Source: Candidatus Saganbacteria bacterium (GTDB lineage: Bacteria; Margulisbacteria; WOR-1; JAPLLA01). From it: 62,418 bases of DNA. Positions within the stretch are counted from its first letter, which is position 1. Every line of letters starts with the position of its first letter. The stretch is from positions 56,715-119,132 of the forward strand of contig JAPLLA010000032.1 in the NCBI GenBank assembly GCA_026387795.1, written 5' to 3'. Positions 9,836-18,883 of this stretch are shown here, piece after piece. The translations under genes were made by a program, and so were the position numbers. The notes beneath the pieces are model-generated. The model saw nothing but the letters and a program-made list of their open reading frames with translations, was not told where the DNA came from and did no database searches.

Positions 9836-10350
9836 GAAAATTATCCAGCAGCTTTTTGCCTGCCTCAGTTAATATCGATTCCGGATGGAACTGTACACCT
9901 TCAACTACAAATTCCTTGTGCCTAAGCCCCATGATTTCTCCATCTTCTGATTCTGCGGAGATTTCTAAGCATTCCGGTAGAGTTTCTCTCTTTACTACCA
10001 GCGAATGATACCTGGTAGCCGTAAATGGAAGTCTTGCCATGCATCAGGTTCTTGGCGCGTACAATCTCTCCTCCGAATGCTTCGCCAATAGATTGATGTC
10101 CCAGACAAACGCCAAGAATTGGAACTTTACCCGCAAAATGCTTGATAACCGCTACAGAGATCCCTGCATCTTTTGGGGTGCCTGGTCCTGGTGAGATCAC
10201 AATCCTTTCAGGTTTTATCTTTTCAATTTCAGCAATCGTAATTTGATCGTTCCTAAAGACTTTGGGATCTGCCCCAAGCTCTCCCAAGTACTGGACCAGG
10301 TTGTAGGTAAACGAGTCGTAATTGTCGATCATTAATAACATAATAAACAT
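9825..10350 (-). pseudogene. trpG: glutamine amidotransferase of anthranilate/aminodeoxychorismate synthase (trpG/pabA), internally deleted and frameshifted
   Basis: The N-part (9922-10350) runs through ...[21 protein letters not shown]. The C-part (9825-10040, other frame) resumes at [11 protein letters not shown]...GVQFHPES. About 12-14 codons normally lying between KTS and TRYHSL are missing. Confidence 0.8.
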
Positions 10351-10519
10351 ATTCTAACACAAATTCCTTAATCCCATGAACCCGGATCTATCACTGGATT
10401 ATGATTTTCACTGATATCTCAGGATATATTTTAATCTGCGAAATCCTGGGACAATCCAAAATCCAGGGATAAGATCTGCGAAGATGGGATTATGAAATTA
10501 TTAGTAGGTAAAGATAGTC

Positions 10520-11632
10520 ATGTTGAATCACCCTATTATCAGTGTTAAAATCGCACATACTATGCTCTGGAAATTGTATTCTGATAGCGACGCGCAGCGT
10601 TGGAATGACCTTATTACTGGTTTTCCCAATGCTTCAATCCTGGAGTCCTATGAATGGGGAGAATTGAAGAGGAGTTCTGGCTGGGAGCCGATCCGCTTGG
10701 TAGTAGAAGACGCAGGAGAGATCAAAGCTGCAATCTCTATCCTAAAACGTAAAACCCCGTATTTCAATAAATCGATATTTTATGCGCCCCGCGGTCCAGG
10801 GATGGCTGATTTTAAGGATGAAACAGTTTGGGAAGAGCTGCTTAAAGGAGTCAAAGAACAAGCGCAATTTCACCACGCCATGGCTTTAAAGATTGATCCT
10901 TTTGTCCAAGAAAAGGACGTAGGCGCAACCATTGTACTAAAAAAGCATGGCTTCCATTTTGTCAGGAGCCAAATCCAGCCTCGCGCAACTTTTATTTTGG
11001 ATTTGAGCAAAGACTTAGATGCGCTTTTAGCAAGCTTCGAAGAAAAGACCCGCTACAATATCCGCTTAGCCGAGCGTAAAGGGGTGGAAGTCAGGGAAAA
11101 CCCTTCAGAAGAAGGGGTTAAGATCTTTTATAACATCTACGAAGAGACTGCAAAGCGCGATAAATTCACGGTTCATCCTCTTTCTTATTATCAAAGAATC
11201 AGAGAGCTGATCATAGAAAAAGGGATGGGTGGGATTTTCATTGCTTATTACCAAGGAGAACCCATAGCCGGAGTTTATATCTTTTGTTTTGGAGATACGG
11301 TTTGGTACATGTACGGTGCTTCTTCTGCAAAATACCGCAACATTATGCCAAACCATGCTCTGCATTGGCAGGTGATCCAGTGGGCCAAAGAACGCGGCTA
11401 TAAAAAATATGATCTATGGGGAATTCCTGCACATCCGCATGAAGGACATCCTTTGTGGGGGGTTTATCGTTTCAAAAAAGGGTTCAATGGTGAGGAAGTC
11501 AGATTGATTGGTATGTGCGATCTTCCTTTTAATACTTTTTGGTACAATTTAATTGATAAAGGAATTGCTTCTTACCGCGCAATGCACAGCTTGATTACCA
11601 AAGGGAAGATTTCCGATTCTTTGGGAGAGTAA
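10520..11632 (+). CDS. FemAB-family peptidoglycan interpeptide-bridge peptidyltransferase
   Basis: The length, the SILESYEWGELK start region and the ...YMYGAS...NHALHW...G...YDLWG pattern are typical of FemX/FemAB (lipid II aminoacyl transferases). An alternative ATG lies at 10562. Confidence 0.75.
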   Translation: MLNHPIISVKIAHTMLWKLYSDSDAQRWNDLITGFPNASILESYEWGELKRSSGWEPIRLVVEDAGEIKAAISILKRKTPYFNKSIFYAPRGPGMADFKDETVWEELLKGVKEQAQFHHAMALKIDPFVQEKDVGATIVLKKHGFHFVRSQIQPRATFILDLSKDLDALLASFEEKTRYNIRLAERKGVEVRENPSEEGVKIFYNIYEETAKRDKFTVHPLSYYQRIRELIIEKGMGGIFIAYYQGEPIAGVYIFCFGDTVWYMYGASSAKYRNIMPNHALHWQVIQWAKERGYKKYDLWGIPAHPHEGHPLWGVYRFKKGFNGEEVRLIGMCDLPFNTFWYNLIDKGIASYRAMHSLITKGKISDSLGE

Positions 11633-11633
11633 A

Positions 11634-13046
11634 ATGGAAATTGAAGGAGTAGAAATAAAAGGGATCACTTATGATTCCAGGCAAATAAAGCCAGGGGACC
11701 TTTTTGTGGCGATCCGCGGAGAGAAATTTGACGGGTATCAGTTTATCCAGGAAGCGATCAAAAAAGGTGCCGTGGCAATTGTTTCGGAAATGGATTTTGA
11801 TTCTCCTCCTGAGGTAAAAAAGATCCTTGTTCCTGACTCGCGCATTGCTTTAGCGCAGTTCTCCGCTCAATTCTACGATTACCCATCCAGAAAGCTTACG
11901 TTAATAGGGATTACAGGGACCAAAGGAAAGACAACTACTACTTATCTCATTGATTCCATACTTAGGACTGCAGGATACAAGACTGGTTTTGTAACTACTA
12001 TTGATTGCAAGGTCGGAGATCGTACGGAAGGCTCCAAGCTTACCACTCCCGAAGCAAGCGATCTCCAGTCACTGCTTAGCCAAATGGTCAAAGAGGGTGT
12101 TACACACGCAATTTTGGAGGTCTCTTCCCATTCTCTGGTCAAACAAAGGGTTTTGGGGTGTGAATTTGACGGTGCCATCTTTATGAACCTTTCCCATGAC
12201 CACCTGGATTTTCACCGGGACTTTCAATCATATTTTGGGGCAAAAAAACTTTTGTTTGATATGCTGGAAGAGAGCCCCAAAAAAAGAAAGTGTGCAATTT
12301 TAAACCGGGATGACGACTATGGTGCGCTTTTGTATAAGATTATTAAAGTTGAGAAACACAGCTTTGCGCTTAAAAGCGAAGCAGACCTGCGGGCAAAAGA
12401 GATTGAGTTTGATGCGGACGAGATGCGCCTAAAAATCGACGGTACTGCCGTAAAAAGTTGTTTTGTAGGGGAGATGAATGCCTACAATATCCTGGCTGCG
12501 TGGCAGGTTGGACTTTGTTTGGGCATAGACAAAGAAAAGATCAAACAAGGGATAGAAGCGCTAAAGCATATCCCTGGCAGAATGGAAAAAATAAATGCAG
12601 GCCAGCCTTTTAGCGTAATCGTTGATTTTGCGCATTCTCCGGCAAGCTTAGAAGCACTGCTTATGACAGTTAGGAGATGGAAGAAAGGGAGATTGATCCT
12701 GGTTTTTGGTTGTCCTGGGGAGCGGGATCGTGAAAAGCGGCCGATGATGGGTGCTCTGGCTGCGCATTTGGCAGATTATACTGTGCTTACTACTGACGAC
12801 CCTTATTTTGATGATCCGATTGGGATTATTTCTGAGATTGAGCAAGGATTTAAAAATACTGCGGCAAAAAGAGACATTATCCCGAGCCGTTTAGATGCGA
12901 TTGCCCATGCACTTAAAATGGCAAAGCCTGATGACGTAGTTGTCATAGCTGGAAGAGGGCATGAAAAATATCAACCGATTAAGGATAAGAAGATAGAGTT
13001 TGACGATCGGGTGATTACAAGAGAAATCCTAAGCACTAATATCTAA
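11634..13046 (+). CDS. murE: UDP-N-acetylmuramoyl-L-alanyl-D-glutamate--2,6-diaminopimelate (or L-Lys) ligase
   Basis: ITGTKGKTTT P-loop, and DSR...GDLFVA plus C-terminal DDPY/GRGHE motifs of MurE. RBS GGGAGAG. Confidence 0.9.
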   Translation: MEIEGVEIKGITYDSRQIKPGDLFVAIRGEKFDGYQFIQEAIKKGAVAIVSEMDFDSPPEVKKILVPDSRIALAQFSAQFYDYPSRKLTLIGITGTKGKTTTTYLIDSILRTAGYKTGFVTTIDCKVGDRTEGSKLTTPEASDLQSLLSQMVKEGVTHAILEVSSHSLVKQRVLGCEFDGAIFMNLSHDHLDFHRDFQSYFGAKKLLFDMLEESPKKRKCAILNRDDDYGALLYKIIKVEKHSFALKSEADLRAKEIEFDADEMRLKIDGTAVKSCFVGEMNAYNILAAWQVGLCLGIDKEKIKQGIEALKHIPGRMEKINAGQPFSVIVDFAHSPASLEALLMTVRRWKKGRLILVFGCPGERDREKRPMMGALAAHLADYTVLTTDDPYFDDPIGIISEIEQGFKNTAAKRDIIPSRLDAIAHALKMAKPDDVVVIAGRGHEKYQPIKDKKIEFDDRVITREILSTNI

Positions 13047-13153
13047 ATTCTAAACAAATGCAAAATTATAATTATCAAAACTCAAAACAGGTTTGGAATA
13101 TTTGAATTTTGATATTTGATATTGTTTAGAGTTTCGAATTTAGGATTTAGAGT
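13047..13153. repeat. AT-rich imperfect long inverted repeat built of patterned 7-8-nt words, between convergent murE and pyrD
   Basis: AAATTCTAAACA... on the left pairs imperfectly with ...TGTTTAGAGTTTCGAATTT on the right. The right arm (TTTGAATTTTGA..TTTAGAGTTT..GGATTTAG) recurs inside murF at 45950-46005. Confidence 0.5.
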
Positions 13154-14017
13154 TTACTTGTAGTAATTTTCTAGGCCTTCAATGACTTGTATCACCGAGT
13201 CCGGATTGATTAAATTTGCAGTTCCAACTTGAACCGCCTTTGCTCCTGCCAGCATAAATTCAGCAGCATCTTCCCAAGTTGTGATCCCGCCAATGCCGAT
13301 TACTGGAACCTTAACTACTTGTGCAACCTGCCAAACCATCCTGACTGCAACGGGCTTGATCGCAGGTCCTGATAGTCCTCCGACAGTCATCGAAAGCTTG
13401 GGCTTCTTAGTGTTAATATCAATTGCCATACCCAGGATAGTGTTGATCAAAGATACTGCATCTGCACCCCCAGCCACGGCCGCTTCTGCCATGATCACAA
13501 TGTCAGTCACGTTTGGCGTCAGTTTAACTATCAATGGCAAATGAGTAGCTTTGCGTACTTTTTTTACCAGCTCTTCCGTAATAGTTGGATTTACACCAAA
13601 AGCAACGCCGCCTTTTTTTACATTTGGACAAGAGATGTTGAGCTCCAAACCCTTAACTACTGCTTCTCTGGTCAATATTTTTGCTACTTCTACATATTCA
13701 TCCATGGTTTCCCCTGCAATGTTTGCGATCAAAGGAGTATTAAGCTTTGCAAAAAACGGAAGTACTTCCTGGATAAAGTTTTTGACCCCTTTGTTCTGCA
13801 GGCCAATGGTATTTAGCATCCCGGAAGGTGTTTCGCAGATTCTAGGCGGTGGGTTTCCTTCTCTAGGGTTCAATGTGATGGTTTTTGTAATGATGGCTCC
13901 GAGTTTATTAAGATCCAGAAATGGTTCAAATTCTTTGCCGTAGCCAAAGGTGCCGGAAGCAACCATGACCGGGTTTTTCATTTTGATGCCAGCGATTTCA
14001 ACTGCTAGTTTTCCCAT
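13154..14017 (-). CDS. pyrD: dihydroorotate dehydrogenase, class 1B catalytic subunit
   Basis: NPVMVASGTFGYG...NISCPNVK...GGI..GGL.G motifs; 287 aa. Confidence 0.9.
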   Translation of the reverse strand: MGKLAVEIAGIKMKNPVMVASGTFGYGKEFEPFLDLNKLGAIITKTITLNPREGNPPPRICETPSGMLNTIGLQNKGVKNFIQEVLPFFAKLNTPLIANIAGETMDEYVEVAKILTREAVVKGLELNISCPNVKKGGVAFGVNPTITEELVKKVRKATHLPLIVKLTPNVTDIVIMAEAAVAGGADAVSLINTILGMAIDINTKKPKLSMTVGGLSGPAIKPVAVRMVWQVAQVVKVPVIGIGGITTWEDAAEFMLAGAKAVQVGTANLINPDSVIQVIEGLENYYK

Positions 14018-14055
14018 TAGTTGGCTTTAATTATAATATAAGGGCATCCTTTTTA

Positions 14056-14835
14056 CTATACAGTATCAATTACTCTTCCTGCTGCAATCCCGCAATAAAC
14101 TACTCCTTGGCGAGATGGATCAATCTTCATGGGCCCCCCAATATTTAATTCCGCTGCTATTATATCTAAATAAGTATAGTGGCCTTGCTTGCCGAAAAAA
14201 GCACCGTACGCGCGGCTTTCAAGGAGTGCCATCCTTGTTTCTCGTGTTTTCAGAACCTTTTCTGCAACAGTATCTGGTAAGGTTGTAAGGTCGATCCCAT
14301 AAAACATGGCAACAGCATCAAGCAGTCCTTCGGCCTGAAAAACGCTTGTGGAATGGATGAAGCCAGCCTCGTTTGTCCCTCCTATTCTCCCACAAATATG
14401 TAAGGGATCCCTTTTTAACCCAAAGACTACTTCCCATAATTGTCTGCCTACTGATACGCGGCGTACGTTACCCAACAGTTCCAAAGGAAAGCTTGGTTTT
14501 TCTCCTTGCGGCAATAGGGACGTTGCTCTCCTTATCCGTTCTTTCCTAAAATCAAATGGTCCTGCTTCTGGATGCGTACGTTCTGGAGCCACAAAATTAG
14601 CGGGATCAACAACCTGTATCATAAAAGCCTGGTCAAACTCGGCTACTTTCATGGCTTTTACAGCATCGCTACGACGGAAAAGATCAGAGGCGCGCATATG
14701 TGGCTGAGGCTTATTTGGCCGATCAATCGAGCGCCAACGGTTAGCAGGATTTCTCTCCCGCCTTTCCGCAATAGTTAGGGGTAGGCCGTACCTTTTTTCT
14801 TGGGGTATATCTAGGCGTGCTTGTCTTGTATCCAT
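14056..14835 (-). CDS. hypothetical protein inserted between pyrK and pyrD
   Basis: 259-aa ORF co-oriented with the pyr genes. No recognisable motif. Confidence 0.55.
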   Translation of the reverse strand: MDTRQARLDIPQEKRYGLPLTIAERRERNPANRWRSIDRPNKPQPHMRASDLFRRSDAVKAMKVAEFDQAFMIQVVDPANFVAPERTHPEAGPFDFRKERIRRATSLLPQGEKPSFPLELLGNVRRVSVGRQLWEVVFGLKRDPLHICGRIGGTNEAGFIHSTSVFQAEGLLDAVAMFYGIDLTTLPDTVAEKVLKTRETRMALLESRAYGAFFGKQGHYTYLDIIAAELNIGGPMKIDPSRQGVVYCGIAAGRVIDTV

Positions 14836-14880
14836 ATTACCTTGTTATCGTTATATAAAAATGAAAATTTCAGTTATTTT

Positions 14881-15669
14881 TTACCAGAGGAGATCATTTG
14901 CATTAAAAACTGGTCCGTCATCGCAGACTTTTTTGTGTCCGGATTTGGTCTTAACCACGCAGCCCATGCAAGCCCCAATTCCGCATGCCATTTTTTCTTC
15001 CAAAGAGACCTGGCATTCGATCTTTTTCTGGAAAGCGATCTCTGCTACGACTTTAAGCATCTCTTTGGGGCCGCAGGCAAAGATGGTGCTGGTGTTAAAA
15101 TCCGATTCTCTCATTTCATTTAGAAACTCATTTAATAGTTCGGAGACAAAACCTTTTCTTCCGTTTGAACCATCATCCGTAATTGACCTGCAATCGATCC
15201 CTTGAACTTTAACTGCTTCTTCGCAAAGCAGGGTTTCTTTATTTCTTGCGCCAAGGAGAACCATAGTTTTCTTGTTCTGCTTCTTGAGTTCTCCGATCAA
15301 AGCACACATTGGAGCAACGCCCATTCCTCCGGCAACTACTATGGCAAAAGGCTTTTCTTTTTTAATGGTAAAACCTGTTCCAAGCGGTCCCACAATATCA
15401 AGTAACTCATTAACCTCTGTTTTAGAAAGGATTTCTGTCCCTTTGCCTTTTACTTCATAAAGGAGCTCAATGATGTGTTCATCTTTTCTGATCCCGTTGA
15501 TTCCAAGGGGCCTCCTAAGCAGAGGATCGAGCTCATTACTTACGCGTACCATGACAAACTGGCCGGGTTGGGCGTGGGTTGAGATGTAAAGCGAGGAGAT
15601 AACCAGTTTAAAGCGCTTGGGGGCTACTTCTATGTGTTCTAGGATTCTGGCTTTTTCGTGGATAGGCAT
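14881..15669 (-). CDS. pyrK: dihydroorotate dehydrogenase electron-transfer subunit
   Basis: The ORF track extends to 15798; the likely start is MPIHEKARIL at 15669. FAD/NAD-binding pattern (RRPL, GGMGVAP) and a C-terminal 2Fe-2S motif CGIGACMGC. Confidence 0.85.
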   Translation of the reverse strand: MPIHEKARILEHIEVAPKRFKLVISSLYISTHAQPGQFVMVRVSNELDPLLRRPLGINGIRKDEHIIELLYEVKGKGTEILSKTEVNELLDIVGPLGTGFTIKKEKPFAIVVAGGMGVAPMCALIGELKKQNKKTMVLLGARNKETLLCEEAVKVQGIDCRSITDDGSNGRKGFVSELLNEFLNEMRESDFNTSTIFACGPKEMLKVVAEIAFQKKIECQVSLEEKMACGIGACMGCVVKTKSGHKKVCDDGPVFNANDLLW

Positions 15670-15837
15670 CTTAGGGTGAATTATAACAAAAAAGAGCCTA
15701 TTTGTAGTCTGCAATTTTGGCTCATTTTGATCGATATATATTAGTAGGGAGAACATATGTGGGTACGAGGCGTTAGCGCCAAAGAGCGACAAGTCCAAAG
15801 TATCTCAAGACAATACCCTCCTTTGGGTTGCAATGTT

Positions 15838-17139
15838 ATGCAAGATAAGCCCAATGCCAGGGTAGTGGTTTCCAAAGGTGCAGGCCAGATCCTTTGCGGT
15901 GCTCCGCCTGAAGTGATCAAGCATTTTAGGAGGGGTGGAGGGGACATGCCTGAGGTAGTGGTCCTCGCCTCCGAATTCTATAAACGCGGCCAAGTCCAAA
16001 ACGAAGTCAGCTTTATTGTAGCAAGCAACTTTTTTATGGGAGGCCACAAAAAAACCGCGATCATAGGTACGGCAGAGCAAATCGCGCGTGCCAGGATCAT
16101 CCTCGAAGAAGAATTTTTCGGCCCCAAAGAAAATGTCCCGGAACAAACCAGGCGCGAGATGGAGCATTTCAGATTTTATGCAAAGCTGAACAAATATTTA
16201 ACTCTTGATGATATGGTGGAATTTGTTGTTCTTTCGGAAGGCAGAGAAATCAATTTTAAGGGATGTACGATTAAAAGTTTTGGTAATGGCCAATATCGTT
16301 TTGTGGAAGGGAAAATGCTTGGAGAGGTAGATACGCAGGCACTTGCTTCTCCTATTCTTTGTCCACCGACGTTTCATGAGTTTAATTTTAGGCTGCCTCG
16401 TTTTGGCCTTACCTTTTTTGGCACCAGCAGCGGGTTTGATGCTTTAAACCGCACTACCAGTTTAATGCTTTGGGTTGATGGTCAGGGATTGTTTATTGAC
16501 CCATTGGATATGCCGCAAATTGAAATGGTAAAACTTGGAATAGATCCCAATAAAGTTAAGACTGTATTTTTAACGCATTGTCATGCTGACCACGATGTAG
16601 GTGTTTTGGATATGGTTTTAAACCAGGGGGCAACATTAATTACTTCATCTTTGGTTTATCAAAGCTTTTTAACTAGGGCAGTAGCTTATACTGGAGAGGG
16701 GATAGACTCTTTGCGTTCTCGGATCCACTTTATTCCTGCTGAACCCGGTATGGAGATAGATTTTAATGGTGCAAAGCTGGAAATTTCCAGTGCTTTTCAT
16801 GCTGTTCCTACCATAAGGTTTGTAGCAAGGTATGCAGGTAAAACTATTGCGTATTCTGGCGATACCCTGTTTGACCCGGCACAATTTGAGGTGCTTCAAT
16901 CCACGGGAGTTTTAACCATGGATCGTCGCAGGGAATTGGAGGGATTTGTTTATAATTCTAAAGCAAATTTATTTGCACACGAAGCATATATTGTGCCATT
17001 GCATACCTCTGACCTGGTATTGCAAGCCCTTCCTTACGAGATCAGAAAGAATATGAGAATTGTGCATACTGGTACAAGATCTCCAGGAGTAACTATTCCT
17101 CTGGCTAGGGCTGGGGAAACGTTCCGCTTGGCTGCGTAA
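15838..17139 (+). CDS. metallo-beta-lactamase-fold hydrolase with ~200-aa N-terminal domain
   Basis: THCHADHDVG (HxHxDH) and later His/Asp positions. The start is uncertain; the track ORF opens at 15757. Confidence 0.7.
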   Translation: MQDKPNARVVVSKGAGQILCGAPPEVIKHFRRGGGDMPEVVVLASEFYKRGQVQNEVSFIVASNFFMGGHKKTAIIGTAEQIARARIILEEEFFGPKENVPEQTRREMEHFRFYAKLNKYLTLDDMVEFVVLSEGREINFKGCTIKSFGNGQYRFVEGKMLGEVDTQALASPILCPPTFHEFNFRLPRFGLTFFGTSSGFDALNRTTSLMLWVDGQGLFIDPLDMPQIEMVKLGIDPNKVKTVFLTHCHADHDVGVLDMVLNQGATLITSSLVYQSFLTRAVAYTGEGIDSLRSRIHFIPAEPGMEIDFNGAKLEISSAFHAVPTIRFVARYAGKTIAYSGDTLFDPAQFEVLQSTGVLTMDRRRELEGFVYNSKANLFAHEAYIVPLHTSDLVLQALPYEIRKNMRIVHTGTRSPGVTIPLARAGETFRLAA

Positions 17140-17142
17140 TTT

Positions 17143-17164
17143 GGAGGTGTGGGGCGGATTTTTT
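17143..17164. repeat. tRNA-Cys 3'-end-like fragment A
   Basis: GGAGGTGTGGGGCGGATTTTTT. Its reverse complement reads ...AATCCGCC-CCACACC-TCC, i.e. T-stem, acceptor 3' strand and discriminator plus CC(A). About 17/23 identical to the 3' end of the intact tRNA-Cys at 18884. Confidence 0.55.
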
Positions 17165-17185
17165 AGAATGAGAGGATAAAATAAA

Positions 17186-17824
17186 GTGTTAGAAAAAGTT
17201 TTTTCGACTGCTTTATATTGCAGGGCGAAAATTAAATTGCTAGATTTGCAAGCAAAGGCCCAAAGAATTGGGATGAGATTGGGTTGGGGAGCAGGGAATT
17301 ATGCGCAAGAACCTTCCCCAACTAAAGAAATTCTTCCTGTTTTGGATGAAAAAGGGGACCGTATTGGTCAGGCTACGCGGAAAGTCGTGCATGAGCAAGG
17401 ATTATGGCATCCGTCGGTTAGATTATTGATTTTTGATGTAGACGGGCGCGTACTGGTGCAAAAAAGATCCCTGGCCAAAGATTCAGGTGGGGGTAAATTG
17501 GCCCAGTCAATTGGGGCGCATGTTCCTGTTGGAGCTTCAAATGAGGCTACTATTGTGGATGAAGCAAGAGAAGAGCTGGGAATTGACAATCCCTTCTCTG
17601 TTTCAGAGGTGAGTATTTTTCCCCATGTTTCGAGGGAAGGGACAAACAAGGAAATGGCTCATTTATTTATCGGGACTTACGATGGACCATTCCGGCCCAA
17701 TCCATTTGAAGTAAATTGGGTGGGGTGGTTTAGGTTGGAAGGGATTAAGAAATTGGCTCAGCAAAGTCCCCATTTATTTTCCCCAAGTTTTCTGGCGGAT
17801 TTAGAACATTTAAATAAGGCTTAA
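17186..17824 (+). CDS. NUDIX-family hydrolase (IDI-like)
   Basis: GLWHPSVRLLIF...VLVQKRS...G..EATIVDEAREELGI resembles a Nudix box and fold. GTG start. Confidence 0.65.
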   Translation: MLEKVFSTALYCRAKIKLLDLQAKAQRIGMRLGWGAGNYAQEPSPTKEILPVLDEKGDRIGQATRKVVHEQGLWHPSVRLLIFDVDGRVLVQKRSLAKDSGGGKLAQSIGAHVPVGASNEATIVDEAREELGIDNPFSVSEVSIFPHVSREGTNKEMAHLFIGTYDGPFRPNPFEVNWVGWFRLEGIKKLAQQSPHLFSPSFLADLEHLNKA

Positions 17825-17828
17825 AAAA

Positions 17829-17846
17829 GGTGCGGGGCGGATTTGA
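17829..17846. repeat. tRNA-Cys 3'-end-like fragment B
   Basis: GGTGCGGGGCGGATTTGA. Its reverse complement TCAAAT-CCGCC-CCGCACC is T-loop, T-stem and acceptor strand, 16/18 identical to the intact tRNA-Cys. It shares the CCGCC T-stem variant with fragment A. Confidence 0.55.
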
Positions 17847-17848
17847 GT

Positions 17849-18256
17849 TTATAAGTGCAATTTCTTTTTTGCTTTTTTAAACACTTCTTGTACAAAGGCC
17901 AAGTATTCCTTACTGTCTTTATCGCTTATTTCAGCTCCCCCGCTATAAAGATCAAGGTTTCGGGCTTGCCGCATTTTGTCCCCAAATATTTCAACATCCT
18001 CATCTTCAAGCAGTTGGCTTAATTTTTGCAAGATTTTTATATGATGCCCCATTTTGCTGCGGACCTTCATCCCCTTTTGGGCGACGAGAGTAATTCCAAT
18101 TTTTATCAGGGCATCATAGCTAAACTTAAAAACTACTTCTGGGATATCGGAATTTCCGGCAATTTTAAGGTCCTTATTGGCAGATTTAATAAACCCCTCA
18201 ATGTCGCTGGAATTAAAAAATGTTTTTTGAAAATATTCGTTTTCAAAGGTTGTCAT
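17849..18256 (-). CDS. HEPN-domain protein (toxin of a HEPN/MNT pair)
   Basis: 135-aa helical protein with an Rx4H motif (RSKMGH). It overlaps the upstream nucleotidyltransferase gene by 4 nt. Confidence 0.65.
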   Translation of the reverse strand: MTTFENEYFQKTFFNSSDIEGFIKSANKDLKIAGNSDIPEVVFKFSYDALIKIGITLVAQKGMKVRSKMGHHIKILQKLSQLLEDEDVEIFGDKMRQARNLDLYSGGAEISDKDSKEYLAFVQEVFKKAKKKLHL

Positions 18257-18831
18257 AGTAGTTTAATCGGCTTTGATTTAAAAATATTGGTGACAAGAGA
18301 ATCTTTTTTCTTTTTTCTCTTCCTTAACTCTTCCGGACCCATATTTATCAGATTTATCTCTCGGCCAATCTCTTTTTGTAGTCGTGAAATTGACCGTTGC
18401 AGTTCCAATGCCGAATGCTCCCCTACCACTAAAAGATCGATGTCGCTGGAGGCGTCCATTTTTTGCTTTGCATAAGAGCCAAAAACATAGGCTTCTTTGA
18501 CACCTTCGGAATTTTTAACCATTTCTCTTAATTTATGTTCTATCCCACAGGTTTTTAAAAATATTTGGCGGTAGTGGTTTAGTAGGGGGAAGGTCTTATT
18601 TAGGTAAAAATATCGTTCTTTGCCTTGAAACTCACTTTTAAGTAGTCCTTCTTTTTCCAGCTCTTTTAATTTTCGGTCCAGATTTTTTGGGTCTAATTCC
18701 AGAAGCTTTGCTAGTTCATTAATATAGTGCCTACTATCCGGATTAAGGAAGTAATAGTCTAGAATTTTAATGGTTATTTTTGATTTAAAAGAGATCATAT
18801 GGATACCATGGTTATGGTATATTTTTACCAT
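18253..18831 (-). CDS. minimal nucleotidyltransferase (MNT) with N-terminal winged-helix domain
   Basis: VFGSYAKQKMDASSDIDLLVV is the GSx(n)DxD Pol-beta-type nucleotidyltransferase motif. The N-terminus is wHTH-like. Confidence 0.7.
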   Translation of the reverse strand: MVKIYHNHGIHMISFKSKITIKILDYYFLNPDSRHYINELAKLLELDPKNLDRKLKELEKEGLLKSEFQGKERYFYLNKTFPLLNHYRQIFLKTCGIEHKLREMVKNSEGVKEAYVFGSYAKQKMDASSDIDLLVVGEHSALELQRSISRLQKEIGREINLINMGPEELRKRKKKKDSLVTNIFKSKPIKLL

Positions 18832-18883
18832 GATAACATTGAGAAGCCAAATCTGTCAACAAAAAGGCATGGGGTGGAGTTGA

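Noticed and set aside
17143-17846. GGTG(T/C)GGGGCGGATTT motifs after the MBL and NUDIX genes as intrinsic terminators
   Set aside because: Neither has a usable inverted repeat preceding the T-run. Similarity to the tRNA-Cys 3' end explains them better.
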